Shown one piece after another: positions 60,938 to 64,000 of a stretch of 64,000 bases of DNA (its first letter is position 1; each line of letters begins with the position of its first letter). The notes beneath the pieces are model-generated. The model was not told the DNA's origin. It saw only the letters and a list, made by a program, of their open reading frames with translations, and ran no database searches. Source of the stretch: an uncultured Gemmatimonadaceae bacterium (lineage in GTDB: Bacteria > Gemmatimonadota > Gemmatimonadetes > Gemmatimonadales > Gemmatimonadaceae); contig CAWJMB010000002.1 of NCBI GenBank assembly GCA_963843845.1, forward strand, positions 1 to 64,000. The letters run 5' to 3'. The position numbers were made by a program, and so were the translations under genes.

Positions 60938-63203
60938 GTGGTCGACCGCGACCGCCTGCTCGCACGCCTCCGCGCCACGTTCGCCGAGGAGCTCGAGGAA
61001 CAGATCCGCGTTCTCGAGCCCGACCTGCTCGCGCTCGAGCGCGCGCCGAACGATCTCGCGCGCGTGCAGTCGGTGTTCCGCGTCATGCACACGCTCAAAG
61101 GCGCCGCACGCGCCGCCGGGGTGGCGGACGTCGAGACCCTCTGCCACGCGCTGGAGAGCGAGCTCGCCCCGGCGCGCGCCAGCGGCGTGGCCCCGGAGAC
61201 GCTCGGCGCGCTGCTCGCCGCCGTCGACACGTTGCGCGCCGTCCGCGTGCGGCTTCTCGGCGGCGACGGGTCGGTGCCGGCCGCCGCGCCGAACGCGTCG
61301 ACCGGTCCGACGCCGAGCGAGGTGCGGAGCGAGGCGCCGAGCGAGGCGCGGAGCGAGGTGCGGAGCGAGGTGCGGAGCGAGGTGCGGAGCGAGGTGCGGA
61401 GCGAGGAGGGGGTCGAGGTACCGAGCGAGGTACCGAGCGCCACCGCCCAGCGCGCGACCGACACGCAGATCGCGGCCGCGGCCGACTTCATTCGCATCGA
61501 CCCGGCGCGCATCGACGCGCTCCACGAGCTGGTCGGCGCGCTCGCCGGGGTCGGCGACCGGCTCGGCGCGCGGGCCGACGCGGCGGAGGCGCTCGCCGAC
61601 GCGGCGCTCCACGTGAACGACGCGAGCCCCGACGCGGCGGCCGAGCTGCGCGCGCTCGTCCGCACCAGCGCGGCGCTCGCCGAGACGCTGCGCGACGACG
61701 CGCGCGCGCTCGACACGCTCGGCGGGCGGCTCGGCGGCGCGGTGCGGGCGATGCGGCTGCGGCCGGTGCACGACGTCGTCGAGAGTCTGCCGCGCGTCGC
61801 GCGCGACGTCGCGCAGAGTCTCGGAAAGGAAGTCGACCTCGTCGTCACCGGCGGCGACGTGGAGGGGGACCGCGCGGTGCTCGCCGCGCTGCGCGACCCG
61901 CTGCTGCACCTCGTGCGCAACGCCGTCGACCACGGCATCGAGCCCCCCGACGTCCGCGAGCGCGCGGGCAAGCCGCGCCGAGGCACGGTGACGGTGAGCG
62001 CGTCGATCGCCGGCGACCGCCTGCGCGTCGAAGTGCGCGACGACGGCGCGGGGGTCGACGAGCGCGCGGTGCGCGCGACGCTCGCGCGGCGCGGCGTCGT
62101 GCATCCTGACCGCGCGGCGATCGGCGACGCGCTGTTCGACGCCGGCCTCACGACGCGCGACGAGGCGACGGCGGTGTCGGGGCGCGGCGTGGGGCTCGAC
62201 GTCGTGCGCAGCAACGTCGCGCGACTCGGCGGCACGGTCGACGTCGACTGGCGGCGCGGGCGCGGCACGACGTTCCTCATGGAGACGCCGCTCACGCTCG
62301 CCGTGCTCCGCGCGCTCGTCGTGCGCGTCGGCGCGCAGCAGTTCGCCGTGCCGACGGCGGCGATCGTGCGCGTCGCCCGCGTGGCGCGCGAGCGGCTGCG
62401 CACGCTCGACGGCGTCACCGTGCTCTCAGGCGGCAGCACGTCGCTCGGCCGCTCGGCGAACGACTCGTCGGGCACCCCGCCGACGACCGCGACGGGCGAC
62501 GGGGCGCCGATCCCCTCGTCTCGCTCGCCCGCGCGCTCGGCCCGCCACTCGTCGACCGGCCGATCGGCGAGCACGCGCTCGTCGTCGTGATCACCGCGGG
62601 GAGCGGCGGGGGGCGGCGCGGCGCGTCGCGCTCGTCGTCGACGCGCTCGTCGAGGAGCGCGAGCTGGTGATCCGCCCGATCGAAGGGGCCGGGCACGCGG
62701 CTCGCTTCTATGCCGGCGCGGCGATCGTCGGCGACGCCGGGCTCGTCCTCGTCCTCGCGCCGGGCGCGCTCGCCGGCGCCGGCGCGCGACGCGCGGCCGC
62801 CACGACGGCGCCGCGCGCCGAGCGCCCGCCGCGCGTGCTCGTGGCCGACGATTCGATCACGACCCGAGCGTTGGAGGAGAGTGTGCTGGCCGCTGCCGGG
62901 TACGACGTGGTGACCGCCGTCGACGGCGCGGACGCGTGGCGCGTGGTGCAGGACGGGGGCGTCGACCTCGTCGTGAGCGACGTCGAGATGCCGCGCATGG
63001 ACGGCATCGCGCTCTGCGAGACGATTCGCGCCTCGGCGCGCTTCCGCACGCTGCCGCTCGTGCTCGTGACGTCGCTCGACCGGCCGGAACACCGCGCGCG
63101 CGGACTCGAAGCGGGCGCCGACGCGTACATCACGAAGTCGAGCTTCGAGCAGGACGCGCTGCTCGACGCCGTGCGACAACTCGTCGGCGGGCGGCGCACG
63201 TGA
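60938..63203 (+). CDS. cheA: CheA-receiver hybrid kinase (frameshifts near 62520-62640)
   Basis: Hpt HTLKGAA, HLVRNAVDHGIE and SGRGVGLDVV motifs, CheW-like region, C-terminal REC (VADDS, SDVEMP) in ORF 62667..63203. Confidence 0.92.
61316..61438 (+). repeat. In-frame 12-bp tandem repeat (SEVR/SEAP) in the CheA linker
   Basis: agcgaggtgcgg-like unit about 10 times. Confidence 0.85.
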
Positions 63204-64000
63204 CGAAGAGCCTCTGCCGCGTCCTCGTCGCCGAAGACTCTCCCACGGCGCGCGCGCTCCTCGTCGCGATGCTCGAGAGCGACAGCAGCATCCGCGTCGT
63301 CGGCGAGGCGGCGTCCGGGGAGGCAGCGGTGCGCGAGACGATCCGCCTGCGCCCCGACGTCATCACGATGGACGTGCACATGCCCGGCCTCGACGGGCTG
63401 GGCGCGACGCGGGCGATCATGGCGCAGACGCCGACGCCGATCCTCATCGTCTCCGCGCTCGTCGCCGACGACGTGCGGCTCTCGATGGAGGCGACGCGCG
63501 CCGGCGCGCTGCTCGTGCTCCCGAAGCCGGTCGACCCGCGCGGCGACGAGTTCGAGCGGCAGCGCGCGCAGCTCGTCGGGATGGTGAAGGCGATGGCCGG
63601 CGTGAAGGTCGTGCGGCGGTGGTCGCACGGAAAGACCGGCGCGGGCGGGGGGCCGAACGGCACGTCGGAGGACGTGCCGAACGATCTCTCGAACGACGCG
63701 GTGCGCGACGCGGTGCGCGAGTCCCCGCGGCTGGTCGCGATCGGCGCGTCGACCGGCGGGCCCGCGGCGCTGCGCGACCTGCTCGCCGCGCTGCCGGCGT
63801 CGTTTCCGGTGCCGATCCTCGTCGTGCAGCACATCGCGCGCGGCTTCGTCGCCGGGCTCGCGCAGTGGCTCGACGGCGAGACGGCGCTCGACGTGCGCGT
63901 CGCGCGCGACGGCGAGGCGGCGCTCCCTGGCACGGTCTACATCGCGCCCGACGACCGGCACCTCGGCGTGAGCGGCGGACACACCGTACGGGTCGCGCTC
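63200..64000 (+). CDS. cheB: CheB methylesterase with REC domain (3' end outside window)
   Basis: Read manually from GTG 63200: VLVAEDSPT, ITMDVHMP, AIGASTGGP, VVQHI and YIAP motifs. Confidence 0.92.
   Translation, partial: MTKSLCRVLVAEDSPTARALLVAMLESDSSIRVVGEAASGEAAVRETIRLRPDVITMDVHMPGLDGLGATRAIMAQTPTPILIVSALVADDVRLSMEATRAGALLVLPKPVDPRGDEFERQRAQLVGMVKAMAGVKVVRRWSHGKTGAGGGPNGTSEDVPNDLSNDAVRDAVRESPRLVAIGASTGGPAALRDLLAALPASFPVPILVVQHIARGFVAGLAQWLDGETALDVRVARDGEAALPGTVYIAPDDRHLGVSGGHTVRVAL

Noticed and set aside
1..64000. tRNA, rRNA, transposase, integrase or prophage genes
   Set aside because: None recognisable by motif in this window.

Overview
Very GC-rich (roughly 70-75% by eye) bacterial chromosomal segment. 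Gene content (PadR plus duplicated orphan permease, PEP-CTERM protein, HEAT-repeat protein, many secreted peptidases, TonB receptor) suggests Gemmatimonadota or a similar soil lineage; this is inference. Many genes are split by single-base frameshifts (S9 peptidase, glutamine cyclotransferase, mutS, both M16 subunits, phoD, M1 peptidase, cheA), most simply explained by long-read indel errors. The backbone carries mutS, holA, an ECF sigma/anti-sigma pair, peptidases, a TPP-riboswitch-controlled TonB receptor, PPK2, an RNase II-like gene, two-component genes and the start of a cheW-cheR-cheW-mcp-cheA-cheB cluster. Most notable signals: (1) a family of REP/REPIN-like inverted-repeat elements that brackets a four-helix-bundle (bAvd/IVS-like) gene and also occurs as orphan copies; (2) a decayed integron cassette array with no integrase in the window (39.1-40.7 kb), with one intact attC and an antisense, apparently self-promoted unknown gene; (3) an over-represented octamer CGTTAGGC that accounts for most of the TTA codons I could find; (4) an inserted HTH-MNT/HEPN-like pair with a palindromic operator; (5) an RHH protein with a histone-H1-like tail and a SET-domain methyltransferase.
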